A stretch of 38,859 nucleotides of DNA from positions 1 to 38,859 of the forward strand of contig CAYSVS010000007.1 of the NCBI GenBank assembly GCA_964434475.1. Direction: 5' to 3'. The first letter of the stretch is position 1. The number at the start of each line of letters is the position of its first letter. Below are positions 29,155 through 38,482 of the stretch, piece by piece. The position numbers were made by a program, and so were the translations under genes. The notes below the pieces were generated by a model, which was not told the origin of the DNA, made no database searches, and worked only from the letters and a program-made list of their open reading frames with translations. This DNA comes from an uncultured Methanosarcinales archaeon (GTDB lineage Archaea > Nanobdellota > Nanobdellia > Woesearchaeales > CAYSVS01).

Positions 29155-29649
29155 ATGGAAAAATTCCAAGAATCTAATGCGAGAGCTAAAAAACACCTGC
29201 ATACTGCAGATCATATGTTAAGCACAACATATCCTTTAGTTAAAGACCCAAAAATTCTTTTGGTCGTACTGGATAATCTTAATTCATCATTATTGAGCAT
29301 ATTAGATACTATGCTCGAATACGAAAGACTTTACAAAAGAATTCCTAGTTATACTGACAAATTTGAAGCGAAGTTTGACGTATTCAGGAACAGGATAGCA
29401 AAAAGATATAATTTTGAGAAAGAGTTTATGGAAACAATAAGAGAGATAAAAGAAACTTTACATGCACATAAGAAAAGCCCTATGGAATTTCCAAGAAAAA
29501 ACAAATTTGTGATATGCAGCAGCAATTATGATACAAAGACTATTTCACCAGAAACACTAAAAAGTTATATCGCAAAAACAAAACTATACAACCAAGTTGT
29601 ACAAAACATATTGAAAAATGACAGAATTTTTAATGGATGCAATAGATGA
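29155..29649 (+). CDS. Hypothetical helical protein (ADH motif)
   Basis: 164-aa ORF, paralog of the next gene; TATA-like TTTAAAA near 29122. Confidence 0.8.
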   Translation: MEKFQESNARAKKHLHTADHMLSTTYPLVKDPKILLVVLDNLNSSLLSILDTMLEYERLYKRIPSYTDKFEAKFDVFRNRIAKRYNFEKEFMETIREIKETLHAHKKSPMEFPRKNKFVICSSNYDTKTISPETLKSYIAKTKLYNQVVQNILKNDRIFNGCNR

Positions 29650-30109
29650 GAAAAAAAGAGCAGATCATCTGCTTTTTGTCAGTTTGAAATATACCCGGAC
29701 AGTTGATGTTATCAGACACACTATAGAAAGAATAATAAATTCTTATGAGTTCATAATAAACGGATATCTGGAACTTCTTAAAGAAGATAAAAAAATAGAA
29801 GATATTCCCTCTGCGCCAGGAATAAAAGTAGAGACTATCGTAAAACATTACGAAGAAGACGAGGAATTGATAAAACATGTCGAGTTCTATAAATTCTTAA
29901 GAAGATTATTAAGAGCAAAATTCACAAGAAGCACTGAATTTAGAAGACATGTGACAATGACCAGCACAATAATAGATCCTGAAAACGAAACAGAGAATAT
30001 AGTCAAAGTCGACATAGACGAAATACAAGAATACTATAAAAAACTTAAAGAATTCCTTGACAAATATAAAAGAAAAGTGATAGAAGAAGAGAGTGATCTC
30101 TATGACTAA
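29618..30109 (+). CDS. Hypothetical helical protein (ADH motif, EFRRH)
   Basis: 163-aa ORF overlapping both neighbours. Confidence 0.8.
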   Translation: MTEFLMDAIDEKKRADHLLFVSLKYTRTVDVIRHTIERIINSYEFIINGYLELLKEDKKIEDIPSAPGIKVETIVKHYEEDEELIKHVEFYKFLRRLLRAKFTRSTEFRRHVTMTSTIIDPENETENIVKVDIDEIQEYYKKLKEFLDKYKRKVIEEESDLYD

Positions 30110-30890
30110 ACATATAGCAATATTAAGCGGAAAAGGAGGAGTAGGGAAAACCATATCCACCATAAATCTAGGAATGGCGCTGAAATATTATGGAAGAGAT
30201 GCATTAATAGTAGATGCCAATATAAAAATGCCCAACATAGGACTCCACCTTGGACATACCAATCTTCCTACATATCTTAACCATGTACTGAAAAAGGAAA
30301 AAAGCATATTGGAATCTATATACAGACATCCATCTGGATTAAAAATAATCCCTGCAAGTATAGCTTTTGATGATGTAGAAGGCTCAAGCTTATCAAAGCT
30401 GAAACACCACATAACAGAACTTAAAGACAAGGTAGAGGTTGTTTTGCTCGATTGTGCAGCAGGCATAGGAGAGGAAGTAAAACATATACTTGAACTAGCA
30501 GATGAAGCGCTAGTGGTGACAAATCCCGACATGGTTTCTGTTACAGATGCGTTAAGAACAATAAGATTCTGTGAAGATAAAGGGGTTAGTGTTTTAGGGA
30601 TTGTTGTCAACAAGATTAAAAACGACGGCATAGACATGTCATCTAAAAATATAGAAAGTATATTGACAAAGCCGATACTTGGAGAAATACCTTACGATGA
30701 ATCAGTAAGGGAAAGCATAAAAGTAAGGCATCCTATAGTATATTGGCAGCCAGAATCAGAACCAAGCAAGAGTTATAAGAGATTAGCGTCAAGATTGATA
30801 GGAGACACTTATTTCGAACCAGATGCAGTAGAAAAGAAAAAACAGCTTAACTGGCATGATAAAATATACAGAATATTAGGTTTAAAATGA
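30102..30890 (+). CDS. minD: MinD-family ATPase
   Basis: Deviant Walker A SGKGGVGKT, VDAN..MPNI, LDCAAG, VVTNP, VVNK, IPYD..VRES. Confidence 0.9.
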   Translation: MTKHIAILSGKGGVGKTISTINLGMALKYYGRDALIVDANIKMPNIGLHLGHTNLPTYLNHVLKKEKSILESIYRHPSGLKIIPASIAFDDVEGSSLSKLKHHITELKDKVEVVLLDCAAGIGEEVKHILELADEALVVTNPDMVSVTDALRTIRFCEDKGVSVLGIVVNKIKNDGIDMSSKNIESILTKPILGEIPYDESVRESIKVRHPIVYWQPESEPSKSYKRLASRLIGDTYFEPDAVEKKKQLNWHDKIYRILGLK

Positions 30891-31387
30891 AAAAAAGAGT
30901 AAAAGAAAAACTCAGGCTTAAGGGCTGGAGCGAAGCAGACCTTATAAAAGCTGAATCAATAAACGAAACGCACAAGATAGAAGATAAATCAGAAAGCAGA
31001 AAAGAAATGAATAAATTGATGTACTGGATCGCTCTGTTGATAATCACAACATGTAATTTAGGTATAGCTTTGTTTCTGGTACCTTTTCTTATTGTACTTG
31101 GAAGCGGTTTTTCTACTATAGTCGTAATAATAATGGGCCTTATTTTCGGAACATTATTCAGTTTTATAGTCAAGGACATAGAACATCTTGAAAAACACCA
31201 TCATCTTTTTGCAGGATTGATAATGCCTGCAGTAGCTGTCATAAACATAGGAATAATGGTTAGAGCATCTAATTTTTTTGCAGAACTGCTGGAGTTGGAG
31301 ATATATCATAATCCTTTGGTAATGAGCTTGCTCTATCTAGCTGCTTTTGTACTGCCTTATTTTTTTATAGTTATACTGGACAAGTAA
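30887..31387 (+). CDS. Four-TM membrane protein
   Basis: Four hydrophobic helices with a DIEHLEKHHH loop; ATGA overlap with minD. Confidence 0.78.
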   Translation: MKKRVKEKLRLKGWSEADLIKAESINETHKIEDKSESRKEMNKLMYWIALLIITTCNLGIALFLVPFLIVLGSGFSTIVVIIMGLIFGTLFSFIVKDIEHLEKHHHLFAGLIMPAVAVINIGIMVRASNFFAELLELEIYHNPLVMSLLYLAAFVLPYFFIVILDK

Positions 31388-31480
31388 ACCTATGTCTTGG
31401 GTTTGTGATATCATGGGTTTTTCAACACAAAGGTTTTTTACAAAACATTTATAAGTAAATTCTTTCTGCTTTCATCTCAT

Positions 31481-31592
31481 GGCGACCGTAGTGTAACGGT
31501 TAGCATTGAGGTCTGTGGAAGCGCAAATATGAGAGTTGATCTCTCAGCGCTGCTGATAACCTTAGGAGCGAGTTCGACTCTCGCCGGTCGCC
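31481..31592 (+). tRNA. tRNA-His(GTG) with encoded G-1 and a 39-nt intron at 37/38 (31519-31557)
   Basis: G + GCGACCG/CGGTCGC + C73; anticodon stem GAGGT/ACCTT with loop CTGTGG^A; GTTCGACT T-loop; intron stems AGCGC/GCGCT and TGAGAG/CTCTCA; TATA TTTATAA near 31448. Confidence 0.93.
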
Positions 31593-31675
31593 CTTTCTTT
31601 ATCAAAAATAAAAAAGGATCCAACCAATAGAAATTCCTGAAATCTGATTTCCGGATAAAGATATTGTGCATCACC

Positions 31676-31690
31676 CGAAACATTTATAAA
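31676..31690 (+). promoter_or_regulatory. BRE/TATA promoter of the rps13 operon (predicted)
   Basis: CCGAAACATTTATAAA matches the purine-rich BRE plus TTTATAAA pattern seen before other genes here (e.g. near 27872 and 31443). Confidence 0.6.
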
Positions 31691-31714
31691 CAAACATATT
31701 TTCTCAAGAACATA

Positions 31715-31830
31715 CATAGTGTCGTATCAATTAGTGTTGGTATGATCAAAGAATCGCAGCTAGTAAGGGACTGTGACATTATGGAATTACACTTTCATAA
31801 TTCTATAATGTAATCTAACCTTGGAGGTTT
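31715..31830 (+). promoter_or_regulatory. Putative structured 5' leader of the rps13 operon
   Basis: Several stems with G-U pairs valid only on the + strand, including mutually exclusive helices (see findings). Confidence 0.55.
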
Positions 31831-31835
31831 TATTC

Positions 31836-32297
31836 ATGGAAAAAGGCAATAAAGAATTTAGGCATATCGTCAGGGTAGTCAACACTGACCTGGACGGAAA
31901 TAAAAAAATAGGCCAGGCTCTAACAAAGATAAAAGGAGTAAGCTTCATGTATGCTAATGCAATATGCAAGCTTGCAGGAATAGACAGAAATCAGAAAACA
32001 GGAGATATGGGCGACGAACAAGTAGATAAACTAGATGAAGTTATAAAAAATCCTATAAAGTTCAAGGTTCCTATATGGATGATGAACAGAAGAAATGAAC
32101 CTGAAACAGGAGCAGATACACATCTAGTATCTTCAGACGTAGTTTTTGTACAGGATAATGATGTAAAAAGCCTGAAAAAGATGAAATGCTACAGAGGATT
32201 CAGACATATTGACGGACTGCCTTGCAGAGGTCAAAGGACAAAAAGTAATTTCAGAAGGAACAAAAGCAAACTTACAGGCAGAAAAAGAAAAAAATAA
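31836..32297 (+). CDS. rps13: 30S ribosomal protein uS13
   Basis: FRHIVRVVNTDLDG, ALTKIKGV, WMMNRR, YRGFRH..GLPCRGQRTKSNFR; SD GGAGG. Confidence 0.97.
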   Translation: MEKGNKEFRHIVRVVNTDLDGNKKIGQALTKIKGVSFMYANAICKLAGIDRNQKTGDMGDEQVDKLDEVIKNPIKFKVPIWMMNRRNEPETGADTHLVSSDVVFVQDNDVKSLKKMKCYRGFRHIDGLPCRGQRTKSNFRRNKSKLTGRKRKK

Positions 32298-32309
32298 AGG
32301 TTGATAATC

Positions 32310-32882
32310 ATGGGAGATCCAAGAAGAACAAGATCAAAAATCCAAACACCTTCACATCCTTGGAACAAAGGAAGAGTTGAGGAAGAAAAACAATTATTGA
32401 GAGAATACGGACTAAAGAACAAGAAAGAGATATGGAAGATGAACTCAGTAGTAGACAGCATGGCTAAACAAGCAAAACATCTTATCGCATTAAGAACAAG
32501 TCAAGCAGAGATAGAAAGAAAACAGCTTCTGCAAAGGGCCCAAAGATTAGGATTGATAGGCCAGAATTCAGTTTTGGAAGATATTCTTGACCTAAAAATA
32601 AAAGATGTGCTTGAAAGAAGACTGCAGACAATAATATTCAGAAAAAATCTTGCAAGATCCATGAAACAGTCAAGACAATTCATAGTGCACGGACATGTCC
32701 AGATAAATGGAAAAAAACTGACAGTACCTTCATACATAGTCCCAGTGAAAGAAGAGAACACATTAACATTCGTCGATAACTCGAGCTTAAGCGATGAAGA
32801 GCATCCTGAAAGAAAAATAGAAGAAAAGGAAGAAGTTAAAGCAGAGGACGAAAAAGAATCTAAGGAAGGTGAAGAAAAATGA
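32310..32882 (+). CDS. rps4: 30S ribosomal protein uS4
   Basis: [36 protein letters not shown]. Confidence 0.97.
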   Translation: MGDPRRTRSKIQTPSHPWNKGRVEEEKQLLREYGLKNKKEIWKMNSVVDSMAKQAKHLIALRTSQAEIERKQLLQRAQRLGLIGQNSVLEDILDLKIKDVLERRLQTIIFRKNLARSMKQSRQFIVHGHVQINGKKLTVPSYIVPVKEENTLTFVDNSSLSDEEHPERKIEEKEEVKAEDEKESKEGEEK

Positions 32883-33316
32883 AAAATACAAAACCTTCAA
32901 GCAATAAAAGACCGCAAAGAAAAAGAGGTCCTTTGAAATGGGGTGTAGCTCACATATATGCATCTTACAACAATACTATAATACACATCACAGATATAAC
33001 TGGAACAGAGACAATTACAAGAACATCGGGCGGCATGGTCGTTAAACAGGACAGGTTAGAAAGTTCACCTACTGCAGCTATGATGGCCGCTAAAAAAGCA
33101 GCAGAAACAGCAAGAGAACATGGGATAAATGCCATACATGTAAAGATAAAAGCGCCAGGAGGACACAACGGCCCTAACAACCCAGGACCAGGAGCACAGG
33201 CAGCAGTAAGAGCACTATCAAGGATGGGATTAAAAATTGGAGTGATCGAAGATGTTACGCCAATTCCTCACGACGGATGCAGAAAAAAAGGCGGAAGAAG
33301 AGGAAGGAGAGTATAA
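32879..33316 (+). CDS. rps11: 30S ribosomal protein uS11
   Basis: [44 protein letters not shown]. Confidence 0.98.
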   Translation: MKNTKPSSNKRPQRKRGPLKWGVAHIYASYNNTIIHITDITGTETITRTSGGMVVKQDRLESSPTAAMMAAKKAAETAREHGINAIHVKIKAPGGHNGPNNPGPGAQAAVRALSRMGLKIGVIEDVTPIPHDGCRKKGGRRGRRV

Positions 33317-33318
33317 AA

Positions 33319-34110
33319 ATGGAAATTGAAACGCTTAAAACAAAAGACAAAAACACATCATCTTTTATTTTAAAAAAAAGCACACCAGGCTTCGCTAACG
33401 CATTAAGAAGAACCATGATAAATGAAGTACCTGCTATGGCCATAGACACAGTAGAGATTTCCAAAAACTCAGGCATCTTATATGACGAGATGGTCGCACA
33501 GAGGCTAGGATTGGTAGTTCTTAAGACTGATCTTAAATCATACAATCTACCTGATAAATGCTCATGCAACGGAGAAGGGTGCGCACAATGCCAGCTCAAG
33601 CTTACATTAAAAGCGAAAGGGCCAGGATATGTACATGCTTCAGACATAAAAAGCCAGGATCCTAAAGTCAAACCAGTGCATGAAAACGCCATAATAACGA
33701 AACTTACAAAAGGACAAGAGATTGAGCTTGAAGCTACCGCAATACTTGGAAAAGGCAAAGAACATGCGAAGTTCTCTCCAGGATTGGTGTTCTACAAACA
33801 TCCTGCCAACATAAAAATAAAGAATCCAAACAAGGATGTGGAAGATACAGTAAAATCCTGCCCTCTTAACATACTAGAGGAAAAAAAAGGAAAGATTACA
33901 GTCAACACAGATAAACTAAAAACATGCCATCTTTGTCTATCTTGTCAGGAAGAGAGTAAAAACAATGTGACAGTGACAGAAGAAAAAGAGAATTTTATTT
34001 TTACAATCGAAAGATGGGGACAATTAGACGCAAAGACAATAACAAAAAGAGCTGCAGAAATAATAGAAGATAAATGCGATGATTTTTCAGCCAAGCTCAG
34101 CGAAATTTAA
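33319..34110 (+). CDS. rpoD: DNA-directed RNA polymerase subunit D (Rpo3)
   Basis: FANALRR..EVPAMAI, LYDEMVAQRLGL, CSC..GCAQC, GKGKEHAKF, ferredoxin-like CHLCLSC. Confidence 0.96.
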   Translation: MEIETLKTKDKNTSSFILKKSTPGFANALRRTMINEVPAMAIDTVEISKNSGILYDEMVAQRLGLVVLKTDLKSYNLPDKCSCNGEGCAQCQLKLTLKAKGPGYVHASDIKSQDPKVKPVHENAIITKLTKGQEIELEATAILGKGKEHAKFSPGLVFYKHPANIKIKNPNKDVEDTVKSCPLNILEEKKGKITVNTDKLKTCHLCLSCQEESKNNVTVTEEKENFIFTIERWGQLDAKTITKRAAEIIEDKCDDFSAKLSEI

Positions 34111-34152
34111 ACTTTGCGAGCGCTAAAGCGCGCGTCAGTGGAGGAATAAAAA

Positions 34153-34509
34153 ATGAGAACAAAACCAACAAACAAAAATTTGATAAGGCTTATAGATGAA
34201 CTGAAAACTTTGTCCAGAAAACAGGAAGTGAGTATCTGGAAAAGGGTAGCAAATGATCTGTCAAAGCCTTCAAGAAATAGAAGAGAAGTTAACATCTCAA
34301 AGATCAATAGATATACAAAGGAAAATGAAACTATAGTGGTGCCTGGAAAAATACTAAGCATGGGCGAACTTGACCACAAAGTTAATGTCGCAGCATGGAC
34401 TTTTTCAGACTCTGCTAAAAAGAAGATAGATGCTAAAGGCAAAGCGATGACTATCACAGAATTGACAGAACAAAATCCAAAAGGAAGCAAAGTGAGGATA
34501 ATAGGGTGA
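34153..34509 (+). CDS. rpl18e: 50S ribosomal protein eL18
   Basis: IWKRVA..L.KP.R.R.EVNISKI, VVPGKILS.G, FS.SA..KI, NPKG. Confidence 0.96.
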   Translation: MRTKPTNKNLIRLIDELKTLSRKQEVSIWKRVANDLSKPSRNRREVNISKINRYTKENETIVVPGKILSMGELDHKVNVAAWTFSDSAKKKIDAKGKAMTITELTEQNPKGSKVRIIG

Positions 34510-34928
34510 ATAATATGATTATCGATGCTAAAGGATTAATATTAGGAAGGATGGCAGCTTTTGCTGCTGAGCAAGCTTTGCTTGGACAGGATATAGCTAT
34601 AATAAACTGCGATAAAGCAGTAATTTCGGGCACAAAAAACCAAGTGGTTGAAAAGTACAAGCAGAAGAGAAGCAGAGGAGAACCAAGCCACGGACCCCAT
34701 GTTCCAAGAAGGTCAGACTTAATGGTCAAAAGAACAATAAGAGGCATGCTGCCTTACAAAACACCAAGAGGAGCTGAAGCTTTCAAGAAAATCAAATGTT
34801 ATCTTGGCGAACCAGAAGATGTAAAAGGAGAAGCTGTAATAATTAAGAAAGCTAAAGCAGAAAAACTCCCTAACTTAAAATATGTTGAAGTTGGAGAAAT
34901 AAGCAAGATTATGGGGGCTAAACAATGA
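34506..34928 (+). CDS. rpl13: 50S ribosomal protein uL13
   Basis: IIDA.GLILGRMA, GP..PR, KRTIRGMLPYK..RG. Confidence 0.96.
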   Translation: MNNMIIDAKGLILGRMAAFAAEQALLGQDIAIINCDKAVISGTKNQVVEKYKQKRSRGEPSHGPHVPRRSDLMVKRTIRGMLPYKTPRGAEAFKKIKCYLGEPEDVKGEAVIIKKAKAEKLPNLKYVEVGEISKIMGAKQ

Positions 34929-35323
34929 AAGTCATTTGCACTACAGGAAAAAGGAAGACAGCTATTGCAAAAGCAAGGCTTAAGGAAGGCACAGGCATTA
35001 TCAGATTCAACAATAAATTGCTTGATACTGTAGAGCCTGATCTGATGAGGCTTAAATTAGCTGAACCTTTGATACTAACTGAAAAGATAAAGGACAAAGT
35101 AGATATAAGCGTCAAAGTAACAGGCGGCGGTATGATGAGTCAAATAGAAGCTGCAAGATTAGCTATAGCAAGAGCGATAGTAGAATACACAAAAGACGAC
35201 AAAATAAAAAACATGTTCCTGGATTATGACAGGCACCTATTAGTCGCTGATGTGAGAAGAAAAGAGATGTACAAGCCAAACGATTCAAAAGCAAGAGCCA
35301 AAAGGCAGAAATCCTACAGGTGA
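34925..35323 (+). CDS. rps9: 30S ribosomal protein uS9
   Basis: GKRKTAIA, V.GGG..SQ, YDRHLLVADVRRKE, ARAKRQKSYR. Confidence 0.97.
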   Translation: MKVICTTGKRKTAIAKARLKEGTGIIRFNNKLLDTVEPDLMRLKLAEPLILTEKIKDKVDISVKVTGGGMMSQIEAARLAIARAIVEYTKDDKIKNMFLDYDRHLLVADVRRKEMYKPNDSKARAKRQKSYR

Positions 35324-35329
35324 ACAAAG

Positions 35330-35527
35330 ATGATTATACCTATAAGATGTTTTTCATGCGGAAAGCCTATTTCACAGCTTTGGGAAGAATACTCAACGAG
35401 GATAGAAAGAGGCGAACAGCCAAAAAAAGTGATGGATGATCTTGGCTTGACAAGATACTGCTGCAGAAGTATATTCCTATCACAGATTGAGCTGATAGAT
35501 ACTGCTGCTAAGTTCAAGAAATTTTAG
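35330..35527 (+). CDS. rpoN: DNA-directed RNA polymerase subunit N (Rpo10)
   Basis: MIIPIRCFSCGK...LG..RYCCR. Confidence 0.97.
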   Translation: MIIPIRCFSCGKPISQLWEEYSTRIERGEQPKKVMDDLGLTRYCCRSIFLSQIELIDTAAKFKKF

Positions 35528-35598
35528 AATTTTTTATTTTATCTTTTTCTTTATATTTAAAAAGTAACATTTAAATAAACTATATTTTTCTTGGTGAC

Positions 35599-38472
35599 AT
35601 GAGAATGATAGATTTCAAAAAAATCCAGGACAAATGGCAAGAAAAATGGCATAAAGATGATGTTTTCAAGGTTGAAATAAAAGATTACAAAAAAAAAAAA
35701 TATTACTTGACAACACCATATCCATATATGAGCGGATTACTACACCTTGGCCATATGTTCAACTATATGTCTCCTGAGATAACTGCAAGATTCAAAAGGA
35801 TGCAGGGATATAATGTATTGTTCAAATGGGGATTTCATTGTACAGGAACACCAATAGTTGCTGCTGCAAAACGTGTTAAAGAAGGAGAAGAGAAACAGAT
35901 AAAAATATTGAAACAGTTAGGCATAAATGATAAAGAAATCTCTGATTTTGCTGAACCAGAACATTGGATCAAATATTTTCCTAAACAAACACTAAAGGAT
36001 ATCAAGGCCTTAGGTTTTGCTGTTGATGAAAGATATACTTTTATTACAACATCATTAAATCCTGCTTATGATGCATTTATCAGATGGCAGTTCAATAAAC
36101 TAAAAGAAAAAGGGTATGTTAAGAAAGGAAAGCATCCTGTTGTATGGTGTCCTAAATGCAACACCCCAGTAGGAGATCATGCAAGAGCCGAAGGCGAAGG
36201 AGAAACTCCGCAAGAATTCTGTTTGTTTAAGTTCAGACTAGAAGATGGAAGAAAGATAGTTACTGCTACACTAAGGCCAGATACTATCATGGGCATAACA
36301 AATTTATATGCTAATCCTGAACAAGAATATAAAGAGATAGAAGTTAAAGATGAGACTTGGATAGTAGGGGAACCAGTTATAGAGAAATTAAAAAAACAAG
36401 ATTATAATATTAAGATAAAGGGGGATGTTGAAGGCAAAAGCTTGATAGGAAAGAAAGCAGAAAGCTATGGCGGCAAAAAGATATTTGTGTTGCCTGCAAC
36501 ATTCTTGGATATAGATTATGGCACAGGATTAGTGCATAGCGTTCCTTCAGACAGTGCAGACGATCTTATTGCTTTGCAGGATCTGCAAAAAGATGAAGAA
36601 ACATTGAAGAAGTTCGGATTAGATATTGATAAGGTTAAGGGTATTAAACCTATAGAGATATTTGACACTCCAGAAATAGGAGGAAATAGTGCTCAGCATT
36701 TTTTGGACAAGTATAAAGTAAAGAATCAGAACGAGCGGAAAAAATTAGAGAAAATCAAAAAAGAACTATATAAACTGACTTTCGCAAAAGCCAAGTTTAA
36801 TGAAAAATATAAAGAATTAGGCGTAGAAGGTAAATTAGTAAACGAAGGACAGGAAGAGATAAAGAATAAATTAATTGATGAAAAAAAGATACACATATTA
36901 TATGAACTTACGGGCAGGGTTGTTTGCAGATGTTTGGCAGAGTGCGTGGTCAAGATAGTTTCAGATCAATGGTTTATAGAATATAATAATCCTAAATGGA
37001 AAAAATTGACACACAAGTGCTTAGATAAAATGACAATTTATCCAGAAGTTGTCAGGAAGCAGTTTGAGTATGTATTGGACTGGCTCAACCATTGGGCATG
37101 CGCTAGAGAGTTTGGTTTAGGAACCAGGCTGCCATGGGATGAGAATTGGATAGTTGAAAGTTTATCAGATTCAACCTTACAGATGGCGTACAATACAATA
37201 TCCAAATATTTAGAGAATCCTGAGGACTATGGTTTTTCTGTTGACAAACTTAATGACGGCTTATTTGATTATGTATTTATGGCAAAAGGAAATATTGAAG
37301 ATGTTTCAAAATCAACAGGCATAGGTGCTGAGATGATAGATAAGATGAAAAAGGATTTCGAATATTGGTATCCTTTTGATTTCAGAAATTCAGCAAAAGA
37401 TCTTATACAGAACCATCTTGCATTCTGTTTGTTTAATCACACTGCTTTGTTTCCTGAAAAATATTGGCCAAAAGCTTATGCTCTGAACGGAAGAGTGATG
37501 GTAGATAATGAGAAGATGTCGAAATCAAAAGGTAATTTCTTTACTGCACGAGAGCTTTATGAAAAATATTCCTCTGATGTAGTAAGGATAACCGCAGCTA
37601 ATTCTGGAGAAGGTATAGACGACGCTAACTTTGACATGAATTTTTTAGAAGTCATTCAAAAGAAGCTGAATGATGTATATGAGTTTGTAAAAGAGAATTA
37701 TAACAAAGGTCGTTCGAATAGACTGCCAGTAGATGATTGGTTTGAATCTATAATCAATACTGCTATCAAGGAAAATACAGAAAATCTTGAAAATATGCAG
37801 TTCAAGTCTGCTTTATTAAAAGGTTATCTTGATCTGCAAAGACATCTTAAATGGTATACAAGAAGGACAAATGGAGACTATAATAAAGAATTGATAAACA
37901 AGTTCATTGAAACACAGATTAAATTATTAACTCCTTTTACTCCGCATATTTGCGAGGAAATGTGGAATTTTATCAATGGAAAAGGATATGTTTCAAATGC
38001 TGCTTGGCCTATTGCAGATAAGAAGAAGATAGATGACGAAGCACAAAAAGGCGAAGAGTTAATATCTCAAATATTATCAGATGTTCAGCAAGTGTTGAAA
38101 TTGGCTAAGATAGATAATCCTAAGAAGTTGACTCTGATAATTTCTCCAATGTGGAAGTACAAGTTCTTTGATGTGTTAAGAGATGCTTTAAATGAGACAA
38201 GAGACTTTAAAGAGATAATAGGAAAAGTTATGGTTGATGATCTTAAGAAACACGGAAAGGATATCACTAAATTGATTCCTAAGTATATAAAAGCAGGAAG
38301 CGTTCCAGAGGTTGTCAACCAAAAGTTTGAGAGTAAGATAATAGAAGCTTCAAAAGAATTCTTGTCAAAAGAATATAATAATGCTGAAGTTGTTGTAGAA
38401 ATGGCTGAGAAAAGTAAAGAAGGAAAGGCCAAAAATGCAATGCCAGGCAAACCTGCTTTATTGATTGAGTAA
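35599..38472 (+). CDS. leuS: Leucine--tRNA ligase (archaeal/eukaryotic type)
   Basis: PYPYMSGLLHLGH (HIGH motif), FHCTGTPI, ATLRPDT, ESLSDST, KDLIQNHL, KMSKSKGNF, A.PGKPAL. Confidence 0.97.
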   Translation: MRMIDFKKIQDKWQEKWHKDDVFKVEIKDYKKKKYYLTTPYPYMSGLLHLGHMFNYMSPEITARFKRMQGYNVLFKWGFHCTGTPIVAAAKRVKEGEEKQIKILKQLGINDKEISDFAEPEHWIKYFPKQTLKDIKALGFAVDERYTFITTSLNPAYDAFIRWQFNKLKEKGYVKKGKHPVVWCPKCNTPVGDHARAEGEGETPQEFCLFKFRLEDGRKIVTATLRPDTIMGITNLYANPEQEYKEIEVKDETWIVGEPVIEKLKKQDYNIKIKGDVEGKSLIGKKAESYGGKKIFVLPATFLDIDYGTGLVHSVPSDSADDLIALQDLQKDEETLKKFGLDIDKVKGIKPIEIFDTPEIGGNSAQHFLDKYKVKNQNERKKLEKIKKELYKLTFAKAKFNEKYKELGVEGKLVNEGQEEIKNKLIDEKKIHILYELTGRVVCRCLAECVVKIVSDQWFIEYNNPKWKKLTHKCLDKMTIYPEVVRKQFEYVLDWLNHWACAREFGLGTRLPWDENWIVESLSDSTLQMAYNTISKYLENPEDYGFSVDKLNDGLFDYVFMAKGNIEDVSKSTGIGAEMIDKMKKDFEYWYPFDFRNSAKDLIQNHLAFCLFNHTALFPEKYWPKAYALNGRVMVDNEKMSKSKGNFFTARELYEKYSSDVVRITAANSGEGIDDANFDMNFLEVIQKKLNDVYEFVKENYNKGRSNRLPVDDWFESIINTAIKENTENLENMQFKSALLKGYLDLQRHLKWYTRRTNGDYNKELINKFIETQIKLLTPFTPHICEEMWNFINGKGYVSNAAWPIADKKKIDDEAQKGEELISQILSDVQQVLKLAKIDNPKKLTLIISPMWKYKFFDVLRDALNETRDFKEIIGKVMVDDLKKHGKDITKLIPKYIKAGSVPEVVNQKFESKIIEASKEFLSKEYNNAEVVVEMAEKSKEGKAKNAMPGKPALLIE

Positions 38473-38482
38473 GATAATAAGC

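Noticed and set aside
31386..31417. Stem AAACCTATG/CATGGGTTT followed by Ts after the minD operon
   Set aside because: Could be a terminator, but the loop is large and archaeal termination does not need hairpins; support is too weak
31477..31683. 68-aa minus-strand ORF
   Set aside because: Antisense to tRNA-His
35689..35700. A12 homopolymer early in leuS as a phase-variation site
   Set aside because: In frame (KKKK) in an essential gene, and A-runs are common in this genome
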